From positions 10,865 to 74,864 of the forward strand of contig JAJQCT010000023.1 in the NCBI GenBank assembly GCA_021202555.1: DNA of 64,000 nucleotides. The letters are read 5' to 3'. This DNA comes from Clostridiales bacterium (GTDB taxonomy: Bacteria > Bacillota > Clostridia > Oscillospirales > CAG-272). Made by a program: the position numbers and the translations under genes. The notes below the pieces were generated by a model. The model ran no database searches and was not told the origin of the DNA. It saw nothing but the letters and a program-made list of their open reading frames with translations. This document shows, piece after piece, positions 9,064 through 18,802 of this stretch (positions within the stretch are counted from its first letter, which is position 1; the number at the start of each line of letters is the position of its first letter).

Positions 9064-10611
9064 TTAAATCTGATTGTTTACGTCAGGGATACCTGAAGCA
9101 ATCGAGCTGTCCGACGTGATGGTATAAACCTCCGAAAGCTCGTCGATAACCTCTTCTACCTCTTCCTCAACAAGTGTGTCGTTGATATCCGACATCCACG
9201 CCGTCATTCCGTCGCCCACGAAAAACATGATGTGATAGCCGTAATCGGACTCTATTATTTCCACATCGCCGTATTCGCGGTCTTCATCATATGCCCAGTC
9301 CTCAAATTCATCGACAAACACTCCCTTGAGAATATCGTCGTAAATTCCGCCGTGAGCGGACGAGCCGCTGTCATCGCTGTATTCGGCGACAAGAAGAGCA
9401 AACGCCTCCTCTGTCATCTCTCCCGATTTGAACAGCTCAAGCACTGCCTCAGCCGCGGCAAGGCAGGCATCGTCGTCATCGTAGTAGCTTGTCGAGAAAA
9501 GTATATGGCGAACAGTTTTTGTCGTATATTCCTGACGCGACGCGAGGGACGTTATCATGTAAACCGTGTATGTATCGTCGTCCTCGGCTATAACCGTAGT
9601 CTCGTAAAGCTCGCGTTCCTCGTCAAAGAGCCATACGCTGTAGTCCTCGTCCTCATCCTCCGTCTCGTCCTCGACAAAGGCGTCCTCCAGCGCGTCCGTT
9701 ATATCGTCCTCGTCCGTTTCGAGCGATTCGAGATATTCGGTCAGAAGCTCGTCAAATTCGTCGGACGACGTCGCCGCCGCAAGCGCATTCGCAGCTTCGC
9801 TCGCTTCAGTCTGCGCCTCCGCTATAGCGTCGTCATCCGCATCGTCATCATACGATGCCTCAAACGTGTATGTCTTGTACGAAACGAAGATGTAGTCCGA
9901 CTCATTTTCGGTATAATATTCCTCGATTTCCTCATCCGTTGCCTTCGCTTCATCGGCTATAATATAGTCATACTTGAGCGCGAGATAATAAAGCTCGAGC
10001 GCGTCGCGTATATCGTCCTCCTGAACGCCTACGCCGTAAAGCTCGTCAAGATAATCCTGAATCTCGTAATCAACGGAGGACGCCGCGTATTCGATTTGCT
10101 GAATGCAGCGCTCGATAGCAAGATAATCCGTCTCCTCAAGCTCAACTCCCTCCGCATACGCCGCCTCGCAAAGCACAAGATAGCTCTCTGCTATGCTTAT
10201 CGCCGCATCAAGGAAGTAATCATACCACGTCGTACCGGAATCCTCGTCGTAGTACTGTGTTTTCAGTGCGGACGTGTAATCGAATCCGTAGTAATAGTAG
10301 TAATAATAGTAGTAGGTGCTGACGCTCGAATCGAAATTATCGTACATTATGTATGCGAGCATTGCATTATTCACCTCAAAATGCTCGGAATACACAGCAA
10401 CCTTGTTGCGCAGATAATTTCCCGTCGATCTCACGGTCTTGTACGCAAAAACGGCGCCGAAAACGACACCCGCAACAACCGCAAGCACGACGATTACGGC
10501 GACAACCATGACAAGCGTTTCCCTGCGCGCCCGTCTTTTGGCTTCCTTCGCCTCGTCAATTCGCCTTTGCGCTTCTTCTCGTTGAGCCTTGACCCTTTTA
10601 GCCTTCCCCAT
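9064..10611 (-). CDS. PpiC/parvulin-type peptidyl-prolyl isomerase, membrane-anchored paralog
   Basis: The start is set at MGKAKRV (ATG 10611): a K/R/E-rich cytoplasmic head followed by a TM helix. Nine consecutive Tyr codons lie at 10288-10314. The C-terminal parvulin domain reads 'VRHILFS...GGIYDDI...ESDYGYHIMFFVG'. Confidence 0.6.
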   Translation of the reverse strand: MGKAKRVKAQREEAQRRIDEAKEAKRRARRETLVMVVAVIVVLAVVAGVVFGAVFAYKTVRSTGNYLRNKVAVYSEHFEVNNAMLAYIMYDNFDSSVSTYYYYYYYYYGFDYTSALKTQYYDEDSGTTWYDYFLDAAISIAESYLVLCEAAYAEGVELEETDYLAIERCIQQIEYAASSVDYEIQDYLDELYGVGVQEDDIRDALELYYLALKYDYIIADEAKATDEEIEEYYTENESDYIFVSYKTYTFEASYDDDADDDAIAEAQTEASEAANALAAATSSDEFDELLTEYLESLETDEDDITDALEDAFVEDETEDEDEDYSVWLFDEERELYETTVIAEDDDTYTVYMITSLASRQEYTTKTVRHILFSTSYYDDDDACLAAAEAVLELFKSGEMTEEAFALLVAEYSDDSGSSAHGGIYDDILKGVFVDEFEDWAYDEDREYGDVEIIESDYGYHIMFFVGDGMTAWMSDINDTLVEEEVEEVIDELSEVYTITSDSSIASGIPDVNNQI

Positions 10612-10763
10612 GACAAAAACCTCACAAAAAATTATTTTAGACCGAAAATGTGAGCCGCACCACACGTATGCGTGGAAAATGCGGCGCACACTCTTTTTTT
10701 TAATTCCGTAACGCCTCAGTTCGCGTGAAAACACGCAAAGCGGGGCGTTTTTGAAGGATGAAA

Positions 10764-12080
10764 TCACTCTGTCTCGGACAAATGCTCCTCATCGGAATCG
10801 TCCTCGTCGTCATCCTCATCCTCGTCGGGCAGAACGGTAAGCCTCATTCTGTCAACCATTATTCCGTCAAGACCCGAAACAGTGAAGGACAGCCGTCCGA
10901 AGGTAAAGCCGTCGCCGATTTCCGGCGCAAGTCCGAGTCTGTCGGCACACCAGCCGCACAGCACGGTGAACTCATCCGCAATCTCCTCATACTCGTCGCC
11001 TTCAAGCTCAAGCTCCTCAAAAAGCTCTCGCAGCCAAATCTGACCGCCAAGGTCATATTCACCGTCGCCAAGCTCAATTAAATCGGGCAGAGCATCGTCC
11101 GTTTCATCCCAGATGTCTCCGACAAGAATCTCGAGCGCGTCCTCCATCGTCACGATTCCGAGAACGCCGCCGTAGTCGTCGGCAACAAACACAAGCCTGC
11201 GCTTCGTTTCGCGCATACGCCGCACAATGTCCGGAATCGTCGCCGTCTTTGCGACGAAAACGGGCGGAGTTGAGAGGGATGCAATATCGGGAATCCTTCC
11301 CGATGCCTCCGCCGACAAAAGACGATTCAGATGCACAAGCCCGATAACATTGTCGGGATTTCCCTCGCACACGGGGATTCTCGAATGCGTGAACATCATC
11401 ATGCTTTCCTTGATATCCTCGTAATCGTCCTCGATGTCGATATACTCCATATCTACACGCGGCGTGATTATCTCGTAAGCCTTGATATTTTTGTAGTCAA
11501 TCGCCCGCCTGACAAGGTCGGATTCATCCTCGTCGAGAACGCCCTCATCCTCCGCAATATCGATAACGCTTTCAAGCTCGTCAGTCGTCAAGCCGTCGTC
11601 ATCAGTCGATTTTCGCCGCCAGATGAACGAAAGCAGCTTTATTATAAGCGTGATTACAAATATAAACGGTGAGAGAATAACGGTCAGCACACGAAGCGGC
11701 ACTGCCGAAATCGTGCAGAATTCCGCCGCCTTCTGCTTGCATATTACCTTCGGAACGATTTCCGTAAAGGTGAGTATCAGAAGCGTCATGACAAGCGTGG
11801 CGACCCACGACATTCCCTCGCCGAGAAGCCCGACTACAAGCAGTGTTGCGATGTTTGTCGCAATCATCGTCGTCATGTCGTTTCCGATAAGCGTTGTCGT
11901 CAGAAGCGACTGAAAATGCGAGACAAAATAAAGTGCGGCGCGTCTCGGGAGAGTATTCTTTTCCTCACATCGAAGCCGCAGCCTTTGCTCGCCCACGGAT
12001 GTAAATGCCATCTCCGAGCCGTTGAAAAATGCGGCGCAGAGAAGCATCAGAAATATAATGATAATATCAGAGAAAATCAT
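10764..12080 (-). CDS. CNNM/DUF21-CBS-CorC_HlyC family protein (hemolysin-family, Mg/Co efflux-like)
   Basis: 438-aa ORF with a 4-TM DUF21 N-terminus, a CBS pair, a CorC_HlyC-like C-terminus and an acidic tail. Confidence 0.8.
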   Translation of the reverse strand: MIFSDIIIIFLMLLCAAFFNGSEMAFTSVGEQRLRLRCEEKNTLPRRAALYFVSHFQSLLTTTLIGNDMTTMIATNIATLLVVGLLGEGMSWVATLVMTLLILTFTEIVPKVICKQKAAEFCTISAVPLRVLTVILSPFIFVITLIIKLLSFIWRRKSTDDDGLTTDELESVIDIAEDEGVLDEDESDLVRRAIDYKNIKAYEIITPRVDMEYIDIEDDYEDIKESMMMFTHSRIPVCEGNPDNVIGLVHLNRLLSAEASGRIPDIASLSTPPVFVAKTATIPDIVRRMRETKRRLVFVADDYGGVLGIVTMEDALEILVGDIWDETDDALPDLIELGDGEYDLGGQIWLRELFEELELEGDEYEEIADEFTVLCGWCADRLGLAPEIGDGFTFGRLSFTVSGLDGIMVDRMRLTVLPDEDEDDDEDDSDEEHLSETE

Positions 12081-13090
12081 ACGGCGGCACCTCCCGCACC
12101 CATAATTTCCTCGTCCATATCGCCGACAAGAACCTCAAGAATGTCCTCGACCGTTATAATTCCGACGATTTTTCCGCCCTCGCCCGTCACAATCGCGAGA
12201 GTCGCCTTCGCGCGGCTCATCTTTTCGATAGCGTCGTCAGCTGGGGTGTCCTCGGAAATGTAAAACGGCTTGGTCATCACGTCGCCCGCCACGGCTTTGT
12301 TGCCGCACTCGATTGAGCGCTTTAGATAGCCTCTCAAATAAAGTATTCCAACGGGAACTCCTCCGTCGGTGACGGGAAACCTTGAATGAAGGGTAGCATC
12401 CGCTGTCGCCGTGACAGAGGCAAAATCCGCCCTCACGTCAAGCGTCTGTGTCGCCTCCCATGGCGTTGTTACGGCGCCGATTTCAAAATCGGAAAAGCCG
12501 TATGCCGAGCGAATAAGCCTTCCCCTTTCGGGCGGCTCGCTTTCGTCGTCCGTAACCGTGTCGATAATGTCGTCAAGCTCATTTTCGGTATATGTAACGC
12601 CGTCGTCGTCCCCTCCCGGGATTTTCGACATAATGAAGCGCGAAAGCTTCGTAAATGCCGTAACAATCGGGTGAAGAACACGAACCAAAAAGAGCATGAA
12701 TCCCGCGAATACCGACGATATAGCCTCGGGGCAGTCACGTGCAACAGATTTCGGCATCATTTCGCCGAAGAAGAAAAGCACAATCGTGCTTACGGCGACG
12801 ACAATCGTCTCCGTAAGCGCCCCGCCGCCGAGAGAAATCGAAACAAGAGCTGCTGTCGTTCCGCACCCCGCGCTGCAAATATCGTTCAAAATGAGATTTG
12901 CAGACAAAACGAAGTCAAAATCATCAAGTACCGCGACAACCTTTGCCGCGCGCTTGTCGCCCTTGTCCGCGCGATTCATCATGCGCGCCCGGCTGACTGC
13001 CGCGAATGCCGTTTCGGAGGCAGAGCAAATCACACACCCCGAAAGGCATATCGCGAAAAGCAAAATACATCGTATAGGACCGTCGTCCAA
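12077..13090 (-). CDS. DUF21-CBS domain protein (CNNM family, lacks the CorC C-terminal domain)
   Basis: 337-aa ORF with the same N-terminal architecture as the downstream paralog. ATGA-type overlap at 12077-12080. Confidence 0.7.
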   Translation of the reverse strand: MDDGPIRCILLFAICLSGCVICSASETAFAAVSRARMMNRADKGDKRAAKVVAVLDDFDFVLSANLILNDICSAGCGTTAALVSISLGGGALTETIVVAVSTIVLFFFGEMMPKSVARDCPEAISSVFAGFMLFLVRVLHPIVTAFTKLSRFIMSKIPGGDDDGVTYTENELDDIIDTVTDDESEPPERGRLIRSAYGFSDFEIGAVTTPWEATQTLDVRADFASVTATADATLHSRFPVTDGGVPVGILYLRGYLKRSIECGNKAVAGDVMTKPFYISEDTPADDAIEKMSRAKATLAIVTGEGGKIVGIITVEDILEVLVGDMDEEIMGAGGAAV

Positions 13091-13164
13091 GAAAAAATCA
13101 CTCCTATCTTAAATTGTAATGTTTAATTTTTTGTTTCCGAAAGCACTGAAACTATCAGCGGAAA

Positions 13165-15324
13165 TTATTCCTCGGTCGTCTCGGTTTCGGCGGAAGCTTC
13201 CTCGCCGGTCGATGACTCCTCAGCCTCTGCGGGGACATCCTCCTCGGTAACCGCTTCATCCTCGTGAACGTCGTCGGTTGAATAAACAACCTCGCTCTCT
13301 TCGGACTCCTCGTATTCCTCCTCGGGCTCATCCTCGGATACATACCCGTCCTCAATAAGCTCTCTTATCGAAAGGCTTATCTTCCTGTTGTCGTCGTCAA
13401 TACCGATAATTTTCGCGTCAACAAGGTCGCCTACCGAAAGCTCGTCGGACGGCTTTGAAATTCTGTGGTCGCTTATCTCGGAAATGTGAATAAGACCGTC
13501 CTGACCGGGAACAACCTCTGCAAACGCGCCAAACGTCGTGAAGTTGAGAATCTTTACTTTAACGACGTCGCCGATGGAATACTTCTCCTTGAAGATGTTC
13601 CACGGATTGTTTTCGGGCGTCTTGCACGAAAGCGAAATTCTCTTTGTCTCGCGAACAGCGCTTAATACGTGAACCTCAATTTCGTCTCCCACCGAAATAA
13701 CGTCGGCGGGACGTCTGATGTGACGCCATGTAAGCTCGCTCATGTGAACCATTCCCTCAATGCCGGGAGCGATTTCAACAAACGCACTGTATTCCGTCAG
13801 GTGCTTTACCTTTCCGGTATAGACCTTGCCCGGCTCAACGCTCTTCCAGAACGCGTCCTCATTCGCGCGTCTTTCGATACGCGCCGCGTCGCGAATCGAG
13901 CCTGTCGCTCTCTTTGAGCGCGGATTTACCTCGCGAAGCTTAACCTTCTTTGTCTCACCCACGATGGAATTGAGATCTCCGTCCTTCGGAACACCCGTCA
14001 GAAATGCGGGAACAAACACGCGCACGGAATTGACCATCATCACAACTCCGCCCTTGTTTGCCTCGATAACCTTGCCCTCTGCAAGGCTTCCGCTTTCCTT
14101 CAGCGCCTCAAGATCAAACCACTTCGCATCCGCGTCCGCGCGGCGCTTTGAAAGCGTAGCGATGCCGTCAATATCGCTCACCTTTATGACGAACGCGCGA
14201 ACCTCGTCGCCAACCTTGGCGATTTCGGTAAGCTTAGCCGAAGAATCGTCCGTAAATTGGTCAAACGCAATAACGCCGGTCGCTTTCGCGCCGATGTCAA
14301 GGTGGACTTCAGCATCTGAAACAGATGTAACAGTTCCCGTTACGATATCTCCTGACTTTATTGTTTTTGGTGACTCTTGGTCGAGCAGCTCCTTGAAGGA
14401 TTCTTCCATGATTTCGGACTCTGCCATTGTTTTTACAACCTCCTCAATTATACCGTCGGGAGTTGACGCTCCCGCGGTTATTCCGATAATATTATTTTTG
14501 CCGAGAATTTCGGTCGGAATATCTTTTGATGAATCAATTCTGTATACGGCGCGGCATCCCTTGCTGCAAATATCGTAAAGCTTCATTGTGTTGGAGCTGT
14601 GCGCTCCTCCGATTACGAGCATTGCGTCGCACATCGGAGCCGTTTTTGCGGCTTCCCTCTGCCGTTCGTCCGTTACATTGCATATTGTATCAAATATTTT
14701 TGCGTTTGTATATACCTTTTTGAGATTTTCCGCACATTTTTTCCACTCATCAATGTTTTGCGTGGTCTGAGCGGCGGCAATTATTTGCTTATCTTCTATC
14801 CCGCGTCCTTTTTCGGAAGATATAAACTCCGAAAGCTCGCGTGCGGTCGAGAAGGTCAGCTTCTGCCCCTTCGCCCAGCTTAAAATCCCTTTGACCTCCG
14901 GATGCTCCGCGGCGCCGATTAAAATGAATACCGAGTCGTCATCCGTGTGCTCTTCCGCTATCCTATGAACCTTTGAGACAAAAGGACAGGTGCAGTCGAT
15001 GACATGAAAATGTTTGTTTTCACGCTCCAGCCGCGAAAGCGCCTCTTCCTCTTCCTTTGTTATCCCGTGCGCGCGAATGATAACATATGATTCGTGACCC
15101 TCGCGCGACACCTCCGACGAGGCAATCCTGCCTATATCGTCAATTCCGACGACGGCGACGCCCTTTGACTTTATTTGCTCAAGATAGCCGCTGTTGTGAA
15201 TAATCTCGCCGTATGTGTAGATTCCGTCAGTCCTGCCGTGCCTTTCTATGCAGTCCTCAAGCGTTCCCGTAGCCCTTCTGACGCCGAAGCAGAAACCGGC
15301 TCCCTTCGCAAGCAAAATCTTCAT
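13165..15324 (-). CDS. ispH: Bifunctional 4-hydroxy-3-methylbut-2-enyl diphosphate reductase (IspH) / ribosomal protein S1 fusion
   Basis: 719-aa ORF. The N-terminal ~285 aa are LytB/IspH-like ('AKGAGFCFGVRRA', 'DCTCPFV'). Four S1 OB-fold repeats and a D/E-rich tail follow. The fusion and the cmk-plsC-ispH/S1 gene order are typical of Clostridia. Confidence 0.85.
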   Translation of the reverse strand: MKILLAKGAGFCFGVRRATGTLEDCIERHGRTDGIYTYGEIIHNSGYLEQIKSKGVAVVGIDDIGRIASSEVSREGHESYVIIRAHGITKEEEEALSRLERENKHFHVIDCTCPFVSKVHRIAEEHTDDDSVFILIGAAEHPEVKGILSWAKGQKLTFSTARELSEFISSEKGRGIEDKQIIAAAQTTQNIDEWKKCAENLKKVYTNAKIFDTICNVTDERQREAAKTAPMCDAMLVIGGAHSSNTMKLYDICSKGCRAVYRIDSSKDIPTEILGKNNIIGITAGASTPDGIIEEVVKTMAESEIMEESFKELLDQESPKTIKSGDIVTGTVTSVSDAEVHLDIGAKATGVIAFDQFTDDSSAKLTEIAKVGDEVRAFVIKVSDIDGIATLSKRRADADAKWFDLEALKESGSLAEGKVIEANKGGVVMMVNSVRVFVPAFLTGVPKDGDLNSIVGETKKVKLREVNPRSKRATGSIRDAARIERRANEDAFWKSVEPGKVYTGKVKHLTEYSAFVEIAPGIEGMVHMSELTWRHIRRPADVISVGDEIEVHVLSAVRETKRISLSCKTPENNPWNIFKEKYSIGDVVKVKILNFTTFGAFAEVVPGQDGLIHISEISDHRISKPSDELSVGDLVDAKIIGIDDDNRKISLSIRELIEDGYVSEDEPEEEYEESEESEVVYSTDDVHEDEAVTEEDVPAEAEESSTGEEASAETETTEE

Positions 15325-15938
15325 GTCAGAGATGCCTCTCCGTTTTTAATGTCGCATATCTTTGAAAATACGCACTTCGTGATTTCCGCATATTTGTCGC
15401 GTCCCGCAAACGCCGCGATTTCATCGGGCATAACAGGCGCGCCGTAATATACATCGGTACGGCGAAGCATCTTTACGCGATTCTTTTTCGTCCTGATATA
15501 AACGGGAAGCACGGGTACACCCGTTTTTGATGCAATCAGTCCAAGTCCGGGCTTCAGCTTGTCGTAGGTCGTCTCTATGTCAACCCCCGGGCATCTCGTT
15601 CCCTGCGCGAACACGCAGAGCGGGCACCCGTCTCCGATAACGGAAATCGCTTTTTTTATCGCCGCAACGTCTCCCTTGTTTCTGTCAACGGGAATCCCGC
15701 CCAAAGCTTTGAGAAACGATGAAACAACCGGAATTTTGAAAAGCTCCTGCTTGCCGAGATAAAATATACGCCTCGGTGACGAATCGGAAAGCACAATCGG
15801 ATCGGCAAACGTCGTGTGATTCGTGCAGATTATATATGCGCCCTCTGCCGGCACGTTTTCCGCGCCGTGCGTGTGAATGCGAAAAAGCAGCTTCACAATT
15901 CCCGAAAAAAGCGCATAGATGACATTATAAACGCTCAT
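15321..15938 (-). CDS. plsC: 1-acyl-sn-glycerol-3-phosphate acyltransferase
   Basis: 205-aa ORF with the HX4D block 'CTNHTTFADP' and 'FAQGTR'. It sits between cmk and ispH/S1. Confidence 0.75.
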   Translation of the reverse strand: MSVYNVIYALFSGIVKLLFRIHTHGAENVPAEGAYIICTNHTTFADPIVLSDSSPRRIFYLGKQELFKIPVVSSFLKALGGIPVDRNKGDVAAIKKAISVIGDGCPLCVFAQGTRCPGVDIETTYDKLKPGLGLIASKTGVPVLPVYIRTKKNRVKMLRRTDVYYGAPVMPDEIAAFAGRDKYAEITKCVFSKICDIKNGEASLT

Positions 15939-16608
15939 CGAACGATTCTCCGGTTTTTTCGTTGATTATCCTCACGGCAGCGGCGTATGTATCCACTTCG
16001 AGAAAGCCCGAATTGTCAAGCATAACAGCGTCAGCGGCGGGTACGGCAGGTGCCTCCGCCCTTGTCGCGTCGTTATTGTCGCGCTCGTTCATATCTGAAA
16101 GAACCTCATCAAGCGTCACATTCATTCCCTTTGCCGCAAGCTCCTCGTATCTGCGCTCCGCTCTGTCCTTCGGATTCGCGAAAAGGAATATTTTAACGTC
16201 CGCGTCGGGCATAATGACCGTTCCAATGTCGCGTCCGTCCATGACGACGCCTCCCACTCTGACCATATCGAGCTGAAGCTCCTTTAGAAACGCTCTCACC
16301 TCGGGAACGGCGGAGACCGCAGACGCATACATCGACACCTCGGGCGTGCGGATTTTGTCAGTCACGTCCTCACCCGAAAGCAAGACCTTCTGCGCGCCGC
16401 CCTCGTGCTTCATTTCAACTCTGATTTCCGAAAGCGACGATATTATACCCGCCGTATCTGTTTTCTCAATGCCGCGTCTCATTACGGCAAGCCCAACAGT
16501 CCTGTAAAGCGCCCCTGTATCGACGTATGTAAGTCCGATGCCTCTTGCAAGATTTTTTGCAAGCACGCTTTTGCCCGAACCACCGGGTCCGTCAATAGCT
16601 ATATTCAT
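15925..16608 (-). CDS. cmk: Cytidylate kinase
   Basis: 227-aa ORF with P-loop 'IDGPGGSGKS' and 'YVDTGALYR'. Confidence 0.9.
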   Translation of the reverse strand: MNIAIDGPGGSGKSVLAKNLARGIGLTYVDTGALYRTVGLAVMRRGIEKTDTAGIISSLSEIRVEMKHEGGAQKVLLSGEDVTDKIRTPEVSMYASAVSAVPEVRAFLKELQLDMVRVGGVVMDGRDIGTVIMPDADVKIFLFANPKDRAERRYEELAAKGMNVTLDEVLSDMNERDNNDATRAEAPAVPAADAVMLDNSGFLEVDTYAAAVRIINEKTGESFDERL

Positions 16609-16647
16609 TCCAAAACTCCGTAATATATGTATTTTAACTATTTGCTT

Positions 16648-17934
16648 TTATTCCGCGCCGCCCGCCGAGATTCCCGCCGCGCGACCTGTTGAAAACGCTA
16701 TCTGAAGGTTGTAGCCGCCCGTATATGCATCGACGTCGAGCACCTCGCCGCAGAAGTAAAGCCCTGCCACACGCTTCGATTCCATCGTTTTCGGTGACAC
16801 CTCAGAGACATCGACGCCGCCCCGCGTAATCATAGCGGAATCAAATGACGATTTGCCGCTCACCTCAAGCTCAAATCCCGTCAGCTCGTTTGCGGCTCTC
16901 ACGCGCATCTCCCGCGAAGCCTCGCAGCATTTCATATCCGAACGCGCGCCTGCGCGCCGCAGAATCAAAGACGCGAGCGCTGACGGGCAAAACTCCTTTA
17001 TCAGAGACTGGACGTTTCTCGCCCCGTTTTTTTGAAACATATCGGATAGATAGGCGTCAAGCCCGTCTTTTTTCATATCGGGAAGAAAATTCAGCCTCAC
17101 CCTGTACGTCTTTCCCCATACGATATGAGCCGAAGCACAGAGTGCAAGCGGACCCGTGATTCCCGTATGCGTAAACATCATCTCGCCGCGTCCCGAATAA
17201 AGCGGCTTTTTTGATTCGCCGTACAGAAGATTGAGCGATACATCGTGAAGAGAAATACCGGCGAGCGCGGAAATTTGTTCGCGTTCGGTCTTCTCGCACA
17301 CGCCAAGCGGGAAAAGCGACGGAAACGGCTCGTTTACCTTTATTCCAAGCGCCTCTGCGAATCTGTAGCCGTCGCCGTTCGAGCCAAGTGAGCGATGTAC
17401 GGCACCTCCCGAAGCGATTATAACGCGGTCAAATTGATGTGTCCCGTCGGATAACACAATTCCCGTCACGCGACCGTTTTCAGCCTCAATTCCCAAAACG
17501 GGTCTCCACTCAAAGCAAACACCCCGCGATACGCATAAATCGTAAAGCGCATTTACAATGTCCGCGGCTTTGTCAGACACCGGAAACACTCTTCCCTCGT
17601 CCTCGACCTTCAGCCGAACGCCGAGATTTTCAAAAAACGACATCGTGTCCTTTGGCGTAAACGCCGAAAGCGACGAATAAAGAAATTTCGGGCTGCGCAC
17701 AACGTGAGCGAGAAATTCGGGTACGCCGCAAAGGTTCGTAAGATTACATCTTCCGCCGCCGGTTATGGCGAGCTTTTTTCCCGCGAATCCGTTCCCATCG
17801 TATACCGTCACATCAGCGTTTTTTATAAACGCCGCCGCCATCAGACCTGACGCGCCCGCACCAATAACGGCTATTTTGGGCTTATCCACCGGTGTTCTTC
17901 TCGTAGATTTCGTATTTGTCCCACACCTCTTCAA
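16648..17934 (-). CDS. NAD(P)/FAD-dependent oxidoreductase, HI0933/BaiN family
   Basis: Contains 'IAVIGAGASG' (Rossmann) and the family motif 'ITGGGRCNLTN'. A GTG at 17889 (VDKPKIAVIG) is a plausible alternative start and reduces the overlap with the RpiR gene to 8 nt. Confidence 0.85.
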   Translation of the reverse strand: MKRCGTNTKSTRRTPVDKPKIAVIGAGASGLMAAAFIKNADVTVYDGNGFAGKKLAITGGGRCNLTNLCGVPEFLAHVVRSPKFLYSSLSAFTPKDTMSFFENLGVRLKVEDEGRVFPVSDKAADIVNALYDLCVSRGVCFEWRPVLGIEAENGRVTGIVLSDGTHQFDRVIIASGGAVHRSLGSNGDGYRFAEALGIKVNEPFPSLFPLGVCEKTEREQISALAGISLHDVSLNLLYGESKKPLYSGRGEMMFTHTGITGPLALCASAHIVWGKTYRVRLNFLPDMKKDGLDAYLSDMFQKNGARNVQSLIKEFCPSALASLILRRAGARSDMKCCEASREMRVRAANELTGFELEVSGKSSFDSAMITRGGVDVSEVSPKTMESKRVAGLYFCGEVLDVDAYTGGYNLQIAFSTGRAAGISAGGAE

Positions 17935-18802
17935 GCCGCTCGAATATCTTTGAGACCTCGTTTTTCTTTTTTCGGCTTATCGCGATTATTATCGCATCTA
18001 TAAGCGAAAGCGGCGCGACAAGCGAATCCATGTACGACGCCATATCGCTTTTGGCAAAGAGCATAACATCAGAGTATGGGGCGATTGGAGAATTTTCGCC
18101 GTCGGTAATGCAGATAACTTTCGCCCCGCAGTCCTTTGCGAACTGAACGGCTTTGATAATTCTCGTCGAATATCTCGGAAAGGTCATCGCGATGAATACG
18201 TCGCCCTTCCCGATTTTAAGCATCTGCTCAAAAATTTTGCTTTCGGAGGTCGTGTCAATGTGGGTGACGTTTTCAAACACAAGCCCGAGATTGTACGCAA
18301 GCACGTCGGACAGAAGCGACGTTGCTCTCGCGCCCGCGACATAAACACGACCCGCCTCAATTATGGAGTCGATAAACGAGTTGAAATTGTCCTCATCGTT
18401 CACCTCGAGCGTCGATTTTATCTTCGCAATATCTGACATGAGCGTTTTTGAAAGCACGTCTGATTTTCCGATTCGCTCGTCCGTCACCTCGATGCGCTGA
18501 ACTGATGTGAGCGCCGCGTCAGCGTATTCGCGAAGCGCCCTCTGCATTTCGGGATAGCCGTCGAATCCCAGCTCGCAGGCGTACCGCACAACCGTCGATT
18601 CCGACGCGCCAGCCCGCTCTCCGAGCCTTGACGCCGTCATGTACGCCGCTTTGTCGTAATGCTCCAGAATGTAGTCCGATATGCGCCTCTGCCCCTTTGA
18701 CATATCGGGAAGGCGCACGCGTATTTCATCAAGTATGTTTCCCGTCATAAGCTTAAGCCTTTTATTATCTTTTGTCCTTGATTTTCTAAATTTATAAGTC
18801 AT
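17882..18802 (-). CDS. MurR/RpiR family transcriptional regulator (HTH + SIS domain)
   Basis: 306-aa ORF with an N-terminal HTH_6-like region ('MSKGQRRISDYILEH') and a C-terminal SIS domain. Alternative ATG at 18748. Confidence 0.8.
   Translation of the reverse strand: MTYKFRKSRTKDNKRLKLMTGNILDEIRVRLPDMSKGQRRISDYILEHYDKAAYMTASRLGERAGASESTVVRYACELGFDGYPEMQRALREYADAALTSVQRIEVTDERIGKSDVLSKTLMSDIAKIKSTLEVNDEDNFNSFIDSIIEAGRVYVAGARATSLLSDVLAYNLGLVFENVTHIDTTSESKIFEQMLKIGKGDVFIAMTFPRYSTRIIKAVQFAKDCGAKVICITDGENSPIAPYSDVMLFAKSDMASYMDSLVAPLSLIDAIIIAISRKKKNEVSKIFERLEEVWDKYEIYEKNTGG

Noticed and set aside
9232-10653. 473-aa plus-strand ORF
   Set aside because: It is entirely antisense to the parvulin-type foldase gene. 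It is rich in R/V/I repeats that mirror the acidic and Tyr codons of the sense strand, and it has no RBS or recognisable motifs.
13155-13355. 66-aa Arg/Pro-rich minus-strand ORF
   Set aside because: It is an alternative frame of the D/E-rich tail of the IspH-S1 gene. Its composition is a mirror artefact, and it has no start context.
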